64,000 nucleotides of DNA. Origin: Octopus sinensis (Eukaryota). The notes beneath the pieces are model-generated. The model was not told the DNA's origin. It saw nothing but the letters and a program-made list of their open reading frames with translations, and did not search any database. The DNA lies in NCBI RefSeq assembly GCF_006345805.1, contig NC_043006.1:30194001-30258000 (forward strand), written 5' to 3'. Made by a program: the position numbers and the translations under genes. Shown in pieces: positions 25,982-39,947 of the stretch. Positions within the stretch are counted from its first letter, which is position 1. Each line of letters opens with the position of its first letter.

Positions 25982-26085
25982 TTGGATAGTTTGGTCTCTG
26001 GGTATTCAGGGAGTGTGCCACACCCATTGTCTTTGAGTCGGTCTTCCAAATGGGTCCTCATAATCTCTGGTTCATCGTCTGAAAA
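25982..26085 (-). CDS. Patatin/EF-hand phospholipase, coding exon 6 (FSDDEPEIMRTHLEDRLKDNGCGTLPEYPETKLS)
   Basis: Acceptor taatcag, donor AA|GTAAGC, 104 nt, phase 0 to 2. Phase matches exons 5 and 7. Confidence 0.82.
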
Positions 26086-26469
26086 CTGATTAGATTAAAA
26101 CATTGTTTGTAAGTAAAGAACATTGATTAGTATATACAAGTACATTTCTCATCATCATCAGTTTAATGTCTACTTTTCCATGCCAGTTGGGGTAAATTTT
26201 CCTATGATCTGATGCTGTTCCTGTCACCAACCCTTGCTTGTTTTCAAGGCAGGTAATAACAAACAGCTGAGATATGCTTGCACGGAGAACTTTCGACAAG
26301 CAACATTGTGTGAATGAGTGTTTTGTTTATGAAGACTGCAAATGTCAAGACGTATGAAGAAACCCAGACATACTTTTCATGGTCAACTGCAAACGAATTA
26401 TACTGTTACCAAAAATATTGCTTATGAGCAGTGAATGAAGACACATGAAGTAGGAGGGAAACATGAACT

Positions 26470-26507
<38 letters not shown>

Positions 26508-27099
26508 TGCATGCATACACTGGTGTGCTGTGCTTTTAGTTTCTTTCTAGTAAATCCTTTGACAATGCTTTGGTCAGTCCAGGACTATAGTAGAAGACAC
26601 TTGCCCATGGTGACATGCAGTGGGATGGAACTGAAAACCATGCAGTTGGGAAGCAAACTTCTTGACCACACAGCCAGTCTGGCACCTATCAATTGGTATT
26701 TGTTGTCTCACAGAGGCACACAATTATTAACATAAATGGTTCTTCTCTCTGTCCATTTCCTCATGGCAGCATAAATCAGAAACATTTGCAAGCAGTTCAA
26801 TCCAGCAAAATTTATAGTGGCACCAGTGTGACATAAGTGTAACACCATGACCACCACTTGCAAATTCATACATTGATTTAGGTTGGATTGGTTGCTCTCC
26901 TAAATGTAGTCATTCATGGATTAGATTTGGATTGATGTTTGACCCCAAAAGGTTTAAATATCTTTTCTCGGAACAGAGGGAAGTGATATGCAGATATTTC
27001 AAGCAGCAGGTCTGCCTCACAATCTGTTCATTTAATTTTAAAAACTTTTTTAACTTACATGTATCTTAAGTCAAATTGTTAATCTGTTATAAAACACCA

Positions 27100-27138
<39 letters not shown>

Positions 27139-27959
27139 AACATTTTGTGAGAAACTTTTGAATGTAATGAATCACTAGAGAGGGGTTACTGAAAAAGAAG
27201 AGATTTAATGTGAAGAGGAGAAGTGAGAGATAGAGTATGGAGAGAGAGAGGGAGAATGTGAATTAGAAGTGAGAGATGAAGAGAAGGAAGAAAGAAAGAG
27301 GAGTGTTATGGCAGTTTCATTATTTAAATATTTACTCCACTGGAATTGATATTGCACAGTGAGTGTGAACGGTTTTATTTATTTCTTGGAAATTAAAGAG
27401 AGACAGTGGAAGGATCTGTGTTTCTGAGTGTGTGTGTGTGTGTGAAAGTAAAAAGTGATGGCTGATATATAAAAGGCAGGTTTAAAATAAGAATAAGATA
27501 AGTTAACCATCGAATGGGGGAAGGTGAAGGGATTCCAGAGAAGTAGACAAATACCAAGCAACAACAGTAGAGGACCCGAGATGCTATAGAGAGATCAGAT
27601 TGCAAACATGCAACAGTAGCAGCAGCAGTGAGGGGAGTTGAAGAGACTCAAGGTTGATTCAGACGATCTTAAACAACAGTTGAGGAAGAATAAAAGAAAG
27701 AAAGACAGGAAGGAAGGAAATTAAAGAAAATTATAGACAGAACAGGAACTAGAGTGTAAAATGAATAAAAAATTAAATAACTGAAGAAGAATGAGAAAGA
27801 ATAGAAGAAATGAATTAAGGAATATTGAGAGTGTCAAAGTAATCAAAGAATTGAGGATCAAACATGAAGAATTGTTACAAGATTAGAAAATTAAACTAAA
27901 GATCCACAGGGAAGAAATTCAAAAGAGCCAAAGAGAATAGGAAGCAGATGTTGTTAGTA

Positions 27960-29670
27960 ATATGTTGTTAGTAATGTTGTTAGCCGGATGTCATATATAG
28001 CTAACTAAACATATTCTGAAATGAATATGAAATATGATTCTGGTGGCGAATTTACCATTAATATATCTCAGACCTTTTGGTTACTTCAATGAAGACTTAA
28101 AAAGCTGAACCGTTGGGTTGAAGTCCCTTTTGTTTGAGAATACACAGGTAATTATATCTTGGCACCTAATAATATGCGCCCAAGAGGACATGAAAGAAGA
28201 AACTAATATAGGATGCATCCCTGAATTTATGACCATTCTCGATAAGAATTACCAGAAATGTTAATGCAATGGCATCCAAGATGCTATGAGGAGGAAGAAG
28301 AGAAGAAGAAGAGCAGACTCAAAGAGACAAGCATGACACTTAAAGAGAGACTGTTCTGTTGACAGAAGATGTTATAATTTACCAACAGGGGAGGAGAAGG
28401 CAATGGTGTTCAGGAATGTAGATGGAATTTCACCATTTGAGAGAGACTTCCATGAAATCCAGATGAACAAGAACACCATTTAAATCTGAGTAAGTCCAAA
28501 ACTTGACTTGTGATATAGAATAATTTATTGAAAGTCTGCGATGGACCAGGCCGACAATTTGATTAGCCAGGTGCTGAAAGAAGAATAAGAGATAATGGTT
28601 GGAACAAGGTTGGAATTTTGCATCACAAAATGTCACAAACTGTGCAATTTAATCCTATCTGGCATGGTGACAAATTATTGACATGGAAGTTAATAATAAA
28701 CTATGTCAATGGCTGAAGCAAACTCCATTTCCTTGCATCCATCCACAAAACATTATTATCTGTGTAAATTCCCTTGGAATATTCTTAAAGAATAGAAAAT
28801 ACTGCTCTCCTGATAATAGATGAAGCATCCATGCTCTTTGTGAATGCACTACACATAACACATATTCTATTGAAAAAACTGTAATGAGGGAACATTGAAC
28901 TCTTCAAGAGAATGTTTCTTCTTCTTCTTAGCAAAAATGCTCATCAAGCAGCATGGTCTGTCTACTGGTTGCTGTAGACAGGAGATAAGACCAGAAGTAA
29001 TGAAAACAATTGAATACAAACATCATTGAAATACCTTGGGAAAAAAGCATCAAATGAAGATATGGCAGAGACCAGAAATGGGGATTTGCTAACCTTAATA
29101 ATCAACAAATGTATCGAATACATTTTCAAGAAAATAATCCTAACTCCAAACAACAAAGGTGATATTCTGTAACTAAATTATAAAGTTCTGAATTTCTTGG
29201 TTGCCAGATGACATTACAGAATATAAGAATATAAACACTATTGTAGTTGGAGATGATGTGCAAGCTGTAAATTATCTCCAAAATTTCTGAACCATCTTGT
29301 TCGTTTGGGGGTTACTTCCTTGTAAGCCAAACCTAAAAGTTGAATCCATTATAATGTTCACACATTACCTCAATTCCAGAAAAATCCTGCTGAGGGGGAA
29401 CTAGATCTGTCATCAACAATTCATCAATCCACTACATCACTCAAGAAATTATCACTGGCAACAAAAGAGAATATATTAATCAAGTGAATGGATTTAATAC
29501 CAAGTGATAAGGCATTACTCTTTACTTTGTAAAGATGGCAGCTTCACTCTTATCCCCTCATTTGTTACGTCTGTTAACAAATCTTAAGGTTAGTCATTTG
29601 ATACAGTTGCAATATATTTACCAAAGCCTGTATTTAATCCTGGCCAATTGTATATGGTTTGTGGACTTCA
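27960..29670 (+). pseudogene. Decayed Helitron Rep/PIF1-helicase region
   Basis: LLIIDEASML at about 28805-28835 (PIF1 Walker B). FVTSVNKS*G*SFDTVAIYLPKPVFNPGQLYMVCG at 29561-29665 matches FAMTINKSQGQ..VGIYL..PVFSHGQLYVA. FNEDLK at about 28085. Confidence 0.75.
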
Positions 29671-30876
29671 GTAACACTAGAAATAACTTAAACCTACTTC
29701 CTAATACCAACCACTTTACGCCATTTACTCTGACTGGTCATCAAGTCCTCAGTCACATTAAAGTGTCCTCTAGATCTTATGTTGTCTTTGCCTATTTGTC
29801 ATCCACTTTACAGAATGTATTAAGTGTGTTTTAGCATGGCATCAGGTCTACCAGTGAGGCGGCTTTGTTTGTCCAAAGCAAAAAGCCCAAAAGGATAAAT
29901 TGGAGAGAGAGACAGATAGTACCAGGACAAGTGGCTGAAGAGAGGATGAGCATAAAGAGAGAAACAGAGTAGGAGAAAATAGTGGAAGAAAGAGAAAGCA
30001 ATGTAAGAGAGATAGAGGTGGCAGCTAAAAGTCTGTTGGGGGGGGGGTAAAAATTGAGTGATAGTAACAGATAGATGATGATTAGAGAGATTGATGGATG
30101 ACAGTTAGAAAAACCTGGGATACAGACAGTGGTGGCCAGCAGTAGAGAAAGGGAGTTGGTGGAGTGTATTGATTACAAATTTACCCTTCATAAATAGATG
30201 TGTCGATTGGGGAGAGAGGTAGTATATTAGGGATAGTGGAAGTGGGGATTGGTTATTGACAGATTCAATGCCATCCCTTGTTATTCTGGTAATATGTAGT
30301 AAATAGGAGGGACGGTGTCAGAGAGATGATACATCTCTGGTGCTTTTTGAGATTCACAGGCAGCATTATATAATGAATGAGAGATGGGGTGAATGGAAAA
30401 AGGGTGGTACTAAGATACATTAGTTCTGAACAGACTCAATGAAATTTCAGTGGGATTTTTATTATGCAAATACACTCTACACTGTCATATCATTAGATTG
30501 GATTAGAAATGTTCCTGCAAACTGCAATCTCTTGAGGTTGTACATTATTTTGAAGTTTTACAAATAAATTAGATATTATCAGCAAAGGAACAATAATTTT
30601 ATTTATTCCTTATAATGGCACAAGTAATTCTATTATTGTATTGATTGAGATAAGTCATACAAAGGAAAACAAATATATTTAAGCACTCACACTCTATGAG
30701 CAATCTAAAAGGAATTTAATAGAATACCAATTCTATTTGCTGTCATCTTTGATGGCATAGTTATAAACTAAATAAATATATCCTCTCAGACTAAAATGAA
30801 ACCAAAACATTTACAAAAAAAGTAATAATTGCTTAAATACAACAATAAAAACAAATATATAAAAACAATAACATAC

Positions 30877-31007
30877 CAAGAGAAATCCAACAGTCTTTTC
30901 ATTAAAGGTACCAAATCTGACTGATTTGTCAAAGAATTTAAGCAATTTATCAAGAGGACGAAGTCGATTAAGGAAGGTATCTTCTGGTGCCATTGAAAGC
31001 CACCAAC
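30877..31007 (-). CDS. Patatin/EF-hand phospholipase, coding exon 5 (GWWLSMAPEDTFLNRL...FNEKTVGFLL)
   Basis: Acceptor tctttggcag, donor TTG|GTATGT, 131 nt, phase 1 to 0. Ends in the patatin strand KTVGFLL. Confidence 0.88.
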
Positions 31008-31947
31008 CTGCCAAAGAAGAAAATTTTTAAATTAAGAGTTTGTATTATATTTCCCCATGGCTGGATATGTTTATGCAGAATATTGAAAATAAATGACACT
31101 GCTTGTATGACATTGACACTCCTTTACAACTGTCATGCAATGTCAAGACAAGGTGAGGGAAACACACACATATGCATATACATAAATATGGAAAACGGAC
31201 GCTAAACGATGATGATGATGATGGGTTTCTTCTAGTTTCCTCTCAACCCAATTCATTCACAAGGCTTTGGGTGGTCTGGGGCTATTAGCAGAAGATATGT
31301 GCCCAAGGTGCCACACAGTGCAACTGAACCTGTAATTATGTGGTTGTGAAGCAAACCTCAGCACCATACACCAAAGCCATCTATATATTATACTTAATGT
31401 AAATACATCATTAAAAGGCAAATTTACTACAGTATTTGTCCAGAGAAAACATCTTATGGATGTGCTGTATTTAAAACCAATATATATCAAAGGAAGATGA
31501 AAATCATCCCCACAGTGGCTAGTGAGAATGCTGGATGTATTTCAGCTTCATTGAGCATTGTCAATAGCATGTACTTTGAGGGATCAGTATTGTCTTTGCC
31601 AAAGTTAAACAGTGTGGTATGCTAAATATCCCTGTTGAGAGCTTGCTGATACAGGTTGATAAATATGGTCCATAGGATAACTTCTTGTACCAATATCCAA
31701 AAATCAACTTCCTTCCTGGCACTTTTTGTCTGGAAGGTTTTGTATTACAAAGGTAGCATCATTGATGCTGTACGTTTTGGGTGTAATCAAGGGTCAAAAT
31801 AATGTTTTGGATTTCTTCCAGCCACAGAGCATCCCTTTAAACTCGCTCTGTGTGTATGTGTGTGTGTGTGTAAAATAAAACACAGATAAAAACTGACTTT
31901 TCCTCCCTTGACAACCTCATGGTTGTCAACAAAACTCTTTATAACTA

Positions 31948-32159
31948 TACTCTCTTTACTCTTTTACTTGTTTCAGTCACTTGACTGCGGCCATGCTGGA
32001 GCACCGCCTTTAGTCGAGCAAATCGACCCCAGGACTTATTCTTTGTAAGCCCAGTACTTATTCTATCGGTCTCTTTTGCCAAACCGCTAAGTGACGAGGA
32101 TGTAAACACACCAGCATCGGTTGTCAAGCAATGCTAGGGGGACAAACACAGACACACAA

Positions 32160-32255
<96 letters not shown>

Positions 32256-32426
32256 CATATATACGACAGGCTTCTTTCAGTTTCCGTCTACCAAATCCAC
32301 TCACAAGGCATTGGTCAGCCCGGGGCTATAGCAGAAGACACTTGCCCAAGATGCCACGCAGTGGGACTGAACCCGGAACCATGTGGTTGGTTAGCAAGCT
32401 ACTTACCACACAGCCACTCCTGCGCC
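31948..32426 (-). mobile_element. Well-preserved tRNA-derived SINE with internal TA tract
   Basis: Head ggcgcaggagtggctgtgtggtaag, B box gggttcagtccc, block cttgggcaagtgtcttc, tail gaaacaagtaaaagagtaaagagag. CpGs retained, so a young copy. Confidence 0.85.
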
Positions 32427-32451
32427 TATACAGCCATACTTTTATAACTTA

Positions 32452-33386
32452 CTAGACTTACTACCCAGTGTTGCCTGGTAAAGTATTCATGGAACTGTTT
32501 GCCAGTTTGTAGAATGGGAATTCATGGTACCTATGCATGTATATATATTTAAGCTAACTTCTGGACTTATTTAATGGGAACTATCCAAACAATAGAAATC
32601 AATTTAATGTCTGAAAAAAATTGTAACTTCCGATATAGTGATGGATCTGACCATGACTGACAACGGCTGGATTCTATATGTTTCTTTTAGGAATAACTTC
32701 TTTCCCACCGAATGATGTCATTTGGAAGAGGCAGTTGTACTGTCTGAGGTTCTTCCTGAATTCTTTTGCAAGATGGTCATCACTGTTGTATAAATGGATA
32801 AGTTCATTTGGTACAAGGTTGTAAATTGCCAATACAAACTTCCCTTCACGCAGCAGAAATTTGCAGTTTCGCCATGGAATAAGGATGCACGACAGTAAGA
32901 GAATATTTTATTCATCACTCCTACATTGGCAGATAGAGCGGATCCATTTCCTTCCATTGCTCCCTCTGTCCTTCATTCTTTCCTCATCCTGTTGTTCAAG
33001 AGTTGTACAGCCCTCATCTCAGGCATTTCTGCAAGTATTCTGCTATTTGTTCTTTGTCCTACATCCTGGAGATGTTCATTCCTATCTTCCTCAGTCTCTC
33101 CTTGCCTCCTTCTTTGTTGCGTGACTTTTTTATCCTGTTGTTGTTCTGCCATCATCTCAGCTGTTTCCTGTTGTCCCTTGCCCTTGCTGCTTTCCAACGC
33201 CTTTTGGCATCATCTCTTGACCACGATGATCCCCATCTCTTTCCACATGGCATAATTGATCAGTGCTTATTTTTGTATGTAATTAAGAAAATTAAATCAA
33301 AACAACAAAGAGATTACAAATGTCAAATGAATGAAACAGAATAAAATCTGAAATGATGAAACTATAAATGATCTCCACAAAAAAGA
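32452..33386 (-). mobile_element. Non-autonomous Helitron retaining the STPR-like and Zn-finger N-terminus
   Basis: On the minus strand the 3' end is ccaggcaacactggg...CTAG|T. Fragments MNKIFSYCRASLFHGETANFCCVKG and ET-initiated repeats with exact 23-aa spacing. 5' boundary approximate. Confidence 0.65.
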
Positions 33387-33827
33387 TATTTCTCTATGTC
33401 AGTATGTGTGTGTGTGTGTATACGTCAAAAGTCAACTTTTTTTTTTTTTTGCTTAGTGAGTTACAAAATGTAAACATTCGTACCAGAAGTTGAGTCGTTT
33501 AATGTCAGAATAGGATTTACAGAAAAAAATAAGGACTTAAATCTAATGAAAATTTAATAATATCTAATGATAAAGTAAGGGAAATTATAGTAAATACAAC
33601 TAAATTGAAAACCTTTTCCCCCTGGCCATATCAGCAATTCTGAAAACTTTTGGGTGCAAATTTTACATGAGTAGAAGCTTTTTTTAACAATTTTTAGCCT
33701 GAAAAATCACCTGTTACTTTTGTTTTAAAGTGAAAGATGTATGAACGTGTATATGGAATGGACGTATGTGTGTGTGTGTGAGTGAGTGAGAGAGAGTGCC
33801 ACTTACACATACATGAGAACACATACA

Positions 33828-33858
<31 letters not shown>

Positions 33859-36105
33859 ACGCGCACAAGCACATGTACATACAAAAAAGATGTACGCATA
33901 TGTATTGATGTATGTACATATACATGACAACACACCTCTTCACTCACTCACTCTCTTTCTCTCTCTCTCTCTCTCTTCCTCTCTCTCTCTTTCACACACA
34001 CACGTCCATACATCTTTCCCTTTCTCCTCTCTTTCACTTTAAAACAAAACTAAATAAATTAAAATTTTTTATGGAAATTAACAAACTCTAGATGATGAAA
34101 TCACATTCAGTTAAAAATATTTCTAAATGATTAAAATATTGTGTACGTCAAAAAGTCGACGTTTTTTTTCTTAGAGAGCACAAAGACTATGCATGTGTAT
34201 ATGTCACACATAACAGATATGTGTTTGTGTTGACTGGCATGCCATGACATTCATTATATGTGTGTGTATGTGTGCTGATGTCATGGAAATCATTTTTTTC
34301 ATCAATAAAATAACAAACAAAAATTGAGTTTAATCGTTTAAATAGCAGTCCAAATATCACAAAAATTTGTACTGTACTGCCAAGGGTAAGTTTGAAAATA
34401 AATATGCAAAAAAAAAAATTAAGATGAAATATACTATTTCTGAGATATTTTGGTTACATACAAACATCTCTAGAGTTTTAGTCTGATGCACACACACCAC
34501 TCAAGTTTATAAATTATGTTTACCGCTTATCCAGTGTTTGCTTTAATTTAATTTCTTAAAAGTAAACTCATGTAGTACCACATGTTTATCTAAATAACTA
34601 CCATGTCATTCTTGTCAGGTCATTTTTGTACTTAGTCACACCAAAGGATAAATTTTCCTGAACCGACAATGTCCTGTTTCAGATTCCACAGCCATCTCCC
34701 TACCACCACCCTCTCTCTTTCTTTTTCCACTTAGTTGTACTTCCTGTATTTCTTCACATCCTTTATTTCTTTCATCTTTCTCTTCTCTTCAATTCTCTCT
34801 CTCTCTCTCTCTCTCCCCTACTCTCTAAATTATTTCTCCAAACCCCTTAAAGTCCTTTGTTAACTTTGAGAAAAGCATAAGGTTTGGTACAGTTTTTATG
34901 AAGCTGTTAGCTAGTCATTAATTAATGAATAAATATATTTTTTAATGTTTTAGCTACTTTATTTAATATGTAAAAATCTGGTTCCTGTAAACCTGGTATT
35001 CACATACAGGTATGACAATGTGGTTAAGAAGTTTGCTTAGAACCACGTGTCTAAGGGTTCAATACCATGGTGTGAACTCTGTTGGGCTGGTGTTCTATAC
35101 ACTTGTTGTGGGTTAATCAATACTTCATAAAAGAAATTGGTTGACAAATTACTGTGTGTGTGTGTGTGTGTGAGTGGTTTCTTTTTCCTCTTTGTCTTCA
35201 CTTGTGTTCACTGGTTGTAAACAAACTTCTTCACTCTTCAAACAAACAATGCTGTATACTTGCAAGCCATGGTGAAAGTATGCCTGAGCTTCTTGAGATG
35301 TTGCACAATCATCTATATATATATATCTCTTATTATAAAAGGCAGATTTTATCTGCCTCCCTTTGTAAGTTATAGAAATCTACAATATAGGATTTCTTCA
35401 ATTACAATTTACCTAGCATTTTTAAGAGTAGAATGCATCGGGTCATGCCAGGTCCAGTTTTTAAAATTTAAACTCCAATTAAGCAAAATTTACAGAAAAC
35501 TCACATTCTGGTGTGTATGTCAAATGCTTTTCTTAGTCTGGTTTACAGCACACGCAAACGCACACACACAGTGTGCAACGAATAAAGTGAAACTAGATGT
35601 AATATTTGTTTCTGTCTATCACGCTGATAGATACATGAGTAAAATGTATGGGAAGCTAACAGATAAGAGTGAGTGAAAATGTTCTTGGAAGAGAGTAAAT
35701 TAGCGACAGAGTGATTTGAGGAAGACTAAACTGAAAGTATGAAACAGTGTTTATGTATAAACAGACGACACTTATATAAACCCTTTCGTTACCAAACCGC
35801 CCGAATTTACCTATTCATATTTCAATGAGAATATCAGAGTAAATCTCTTTAGTACATTCGTGAAAACACGTATTATACTTCGTAAACACTTCAAATACAG
35901 TTTTGTACAAAAATCGAAGTGTAATTTTAATTCCGTGAATTATGGGAGATTTTTTTCCGAAATTTGTTCCTATTGTGTTTTCAAAATTTGTAATTCTGAC
36001 AAAAAATGGATACGAATTTCATTATATCAAGCAGCGAGTCAGAATTCGAAGGATTTTCTACTGAAGACCTTCATAAATCTAACTCTATGACTGAAAAAAA
36101 AAGCA

Positions 36106-36501
36106 TCTTTATATAAGAGTGAAGTTGTGTGTCTGTCCCCTTCGATTTAGATTCATAACTACTCCCACATTTTGCGGTGCAGTTTAACCAAAAGCGGGTA
36201 TCTTATAGTCGTGATTCATATCGAGCCCTTCTGGGTATTAGCGCGCGTCTACGATGAGTCTACGATTTAAAAAAAATTTACCATCATATTTTTCCATTTT
36301 AATGCATTTTTTTCGCTTTTATATAAGGGAAGTAACTCTCTAAAAATATCTACGATGTGTCAACGATTTAAAAAAAAAATTTACCTTAATTTTTTTTCAA
36401 TTTTTAATGCATTTTTTTGCTATTTTTTGGCTATAACTCTCTAAAAATGCTTATATAGTTATTTCCCTTACAACCCGAGCAACGCCGGGAGATACTGCTA
36501 G
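36106..36501 (+). mobile_element. Compact non-autonomous Helitron
   Basis: A|TC 5' end, subterminal hairpin CCCG-agcaacgc-CGGG (36474-36489), CTAG|T 3' end. Confidence 0.75.
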
Positions 36502-36779
36502 TATATATATAAAGACGAGAATGGGTGTGTGTGTGTCTGTGTGTATCTCTAAAACTCAAGAACTACGCAATTGATTTCGTTGAAATTTTACATATGCTTT
36601 ACTTAGGGTCCAGGTAGTGTTATGGGCCAAAAAAATGTTCAACTTCATGCCTAATGCGAGCTCATAGCAATCTCTTATATCTTCCACTATTTCAGAATTA
36701 CGTGTCAAAAGTGAAACAATAACATCTCTCTATTGTAATGTCAGATACTTTCACTTTAATACTTTCACTATTAATACTG

Positions 36780-37204
36780 AAACTATTACAGGCATACATA
36801 CATAAATACATGCATACATATATATAATATATATTATGTACATATATATATTTACATCTGCACATATGTATACATAGAAGTATATGTATAGATGTATATA
36901 TACAGATGTATATATGTAGATGTATATATGTAGATGTAGATATATAGATGTATATGTATAGATGTATATATATACATGTATATATATAGTTATATATGTT
37001 TATATATGTATACAAGTATGTATATATATATGTGTATATATTTATATGTATATATATATATATATGAATAAATATATATGTGTATAAATATGTATATATG
37101 TGTATAAATATGTATATATGTGTATAAATATGTGTGTACATATATGTATGTAAATATATGTAATATGTACACATATATATATACTTACATACATATATTT
37201 ATTC

Positions 37205-37237
<33 letters not shown>

Positions 37238-37280
37238 TACATTTATACACACACACATATCAATATATATAAATATATAT
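36780..37280. repeat. Compound TA/TG/ATGT microsatellite
   Basis: Directly visible, with a tandem atatgtatatatgtgtataa unit at about 37070-37130. Confidence 0.9.
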
Positions 37281-37578
37281 AGGTGCAGGTGTGGATGTGT
37301 GGTAAGAAACTTGGTTCCAAAACACATGGACCTGCGTTCACTCCCACTGTGTGGTAACTTGGCATGTGTCTTCTGCTATAGCCTCAGACCAACCAAAGCT
37401 TTGTGAGTGGATTTCGTAGAAAGAAACTGAAAGAAATCAATCGTATATATAAGTTACAAGGATTAGTTTGTCCAGACAAACGGTCAGGACACGAATTGCA
37501 AGAAAAGAATAGCAAAGTGATGTATGACAGGAGAACTTGTGAGGTATTTTGACCAACATATTGAAATATGAAACTTAC

Positions 37579-37813
37579 CATCAAAAGAATGGATTGGATA
37601 ATTGCACAGAAGTCCTCCATCAACATAATGTTTCTTTGTTCCATTATTTGCAGAATAACTGGGTGGGCTGAATATTCCGGGGATGGACATTGACATACGC
37701 ACAGCCAGGCGTACTGGCATATGTGGAGTTGTCTTTGGGTGGCAATATTCAACAGCCATGTGGTTAACATTAGTCACAACCACACATAATTCTCGACCAT
37801 AATGTTTGTAGAT
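37579..37813 (-). CDS. Patatin/EF-hand phospholipase, coding exon 4 (IYKHYGRELCVVVTN...AVRMSMSIPG...YVDGGLLCNYPIHSFD)
   Basis: Patatin motifs AVRMSMSIPG and catalytic DGG (Asp233). Acceptor ttcttcttcaag, donor G|GTAAGT, 235 nt, phase 0 to 1. Confidence 0.92.
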
Positions 37814-38006
37814 CTTGAAGAAGAAAGGAAATGAAACCAACATTAAAATCTGGCATAAAACTTGATTAAAAAAGAAAACAATTTTTTTTTCTAATATTTC
37901 CAGTAGTTTGCTGACATTTAACAAACTTTTTCCCCATATTAGCAATGATAAAATTTTAAACTTTAAATTTTTTACATCTAAAATTGTGGAGTGATGTCAG
38001 TGATTG

Positions 38007-39308
38007 CACTGGGCAACAAAAAAAGATTTATTGTCTGCTGCCCAGACAAATGGTGCTGTACCAAACTAAATCAAGTATGCTGATTCCGAATCTCAACTCA
38101 AAACTGCTATAGCACATCAGGTTATTTTGAGTTATGCACATAATTATATATTAATACTATATTAGAATCAGGAATAGTTAAGTTCAAGGTAAATAATTAT
38201 TATAATAGTATATTGGTACTGTATATAGTAAATTTATGTTTAAGGCAAATAGTATTATAATATAATGGTATATAGTATATTTATGTTAAGGGAATATTCA
38301 TTTTAATTTTGATATGCTCAGCTCAGAAATGTTTAAGACACTTGCTTTTGCGATTATGCATCATGCTGGTCTCCCGTTTTAGGAACCAGCAGTAGTCACC
38401 CATCATCTGTGGATTGGACTGGTCTTGATACTTCATTTCCAAAATTTGTTGGGAAAAATCGAGATGAGAATGCAAGAAGTGCAATTTAAGGGACATTCAG
38501 CATCCCTTTCTTTCATATACTGTTAGCATGTTGTTTATGAAATGAGCTCTATGATTTCCAAGAAAGTTCTGTACAACTAACACAAATGAATCCCATGCTG
38601 TCAGCTCAACTGGATTCAGTCTACCTATGAATTTGCGATCAGACATCAATTCTCTGATCTCGGTTCCAGTGAAAATGCCTGCTTTCAGTTTTTCGTAACT
38701 TTTCTCTTCACCAAATTTTACTCTTAGGTACTGGAAGCCACAAGCATCATGTGTCATTGCTTTTACAAAGTTTTTCGTGAGGCTGAGTTTGATGTGAAAG
38801 GGTGGAAGGAAGATCTTTGGTGGCAATGTTCTACTGCTGGTCATGTGGAGCAAATTTTCCACAGACATAACAAAAGTTGTCTGGGTGATTCACACAGCCT
38901 CTCCTATTGATGATCTAACGCAATGAACACAGTTAAAACAGTAATCACGCAGAGCAAGAGATACACATAGCACACGTGATGGCAGGGCAAACGACACTGA
39001 GAGTTACCAAGAACAAACTGATGTATTTGGCGCTTGCACACAAAACGTCAGTGTCATCTATTGCTAAACTAAATAATGAACTTTTGCATTGTTTGTTTTA
39101 TTGCTGTTATTTCTTTAATTTTGAATTAAGACCGCTTTCATTTTAGCAAATTTTATAATATGGCCTATATCTAGCCGAAAGTATAGTTATAATCTTGTGC
39201 ATGTGCATAACTCAAAATCTTGACATGCTAGAACAATTCTGAGTGCGGATTCAGAACCAGCATCCTCAATTTAGTCTAAACTACATGCAAAATCTTTGTT
39301 GTCCAGTG
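38007..39308 (-). mobile_element. Chapaev3-like (CMC superfamily) DNA transposon, internally deleted
   Basis: TIRs CACTGG(G/A)CAACAAA, 3-bp TSD TTG on both sides. Transposase C-terminal fragment PPFHIKLSLTKNFVKA...GIFTGTEIRELM...NFLGNHR, followed by MSLKLHFLHSHLDFFP. Confidence 0.75.
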
Positions 39309-39329
39309 TTGGCTAATAATATCTATTTT

Positions 39330-39915
39330 TAATTATAATGAGGACAGCTGTGTAAAGAAGTGCCAATCTCTAACTGTGGAGGGAACCTGTGGTAGAAGTA
39401 GACCCATGGGAAGTAGTGGTGAAGCATGATCTTTGAACTTTGGGCCTCACAGAGGCAATGACTGGTGACCAAAACATTTGGTGATGTGCTGTGCTTGAGA
39501 GGACCTGTCATGCCAAGTAGTTGTGGCTGACGCTGGTGTCACATAACTGGCACCTGTGCCAGTGGAATGTAAAAAGCATCTTTCGAGAGTTGGGCTTCAT
39601 GGAGGCAATCATGAATGACCGAGACCTTTGGCATTATGTTGTGCTTGAGAAGAAGACCCATCAAGCCAAGTAAAATCACAGTTGGGGTAGATACTGGTGT
39701 CACACAAATGGCACCTGTGCTGGTGGCACATAATAGCACCCATTAAACTCTCAGAGTGGTTGGCATTAAGAAGGGCATCCAGCTGTGAAACCATGCCAAA
39801 TCAGACTGGAGTCTGGTGCAGCCTTCCAGTTTACCAGCCCTGGTCAAACCATCTAACCCATGCTAGCATGGATGACAGATGTTAAACAACGATGGCAGCG
39901 ATGGTGATGATGACA
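39330..39915 (+). mobile_element. RTE 3'-end copy
   Basis: Same family as 6075-6617. Its tail ends about 33 nt from the exon 3 donor. Confidence 0.75.
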
Positions 39916-39947
39916 AATGACCAATCAGAAAGTTAGAAAATACTCAC

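Noticed and set aside
37814-37945. Open frame extending upstream of exon 4 (MLIWGKSLL...)
   Set aside because: Low-complexity polypyrimidine intron sequence. Exon 3 supplies the expected patatin sequence in phase 0 via the AAG acceptor.
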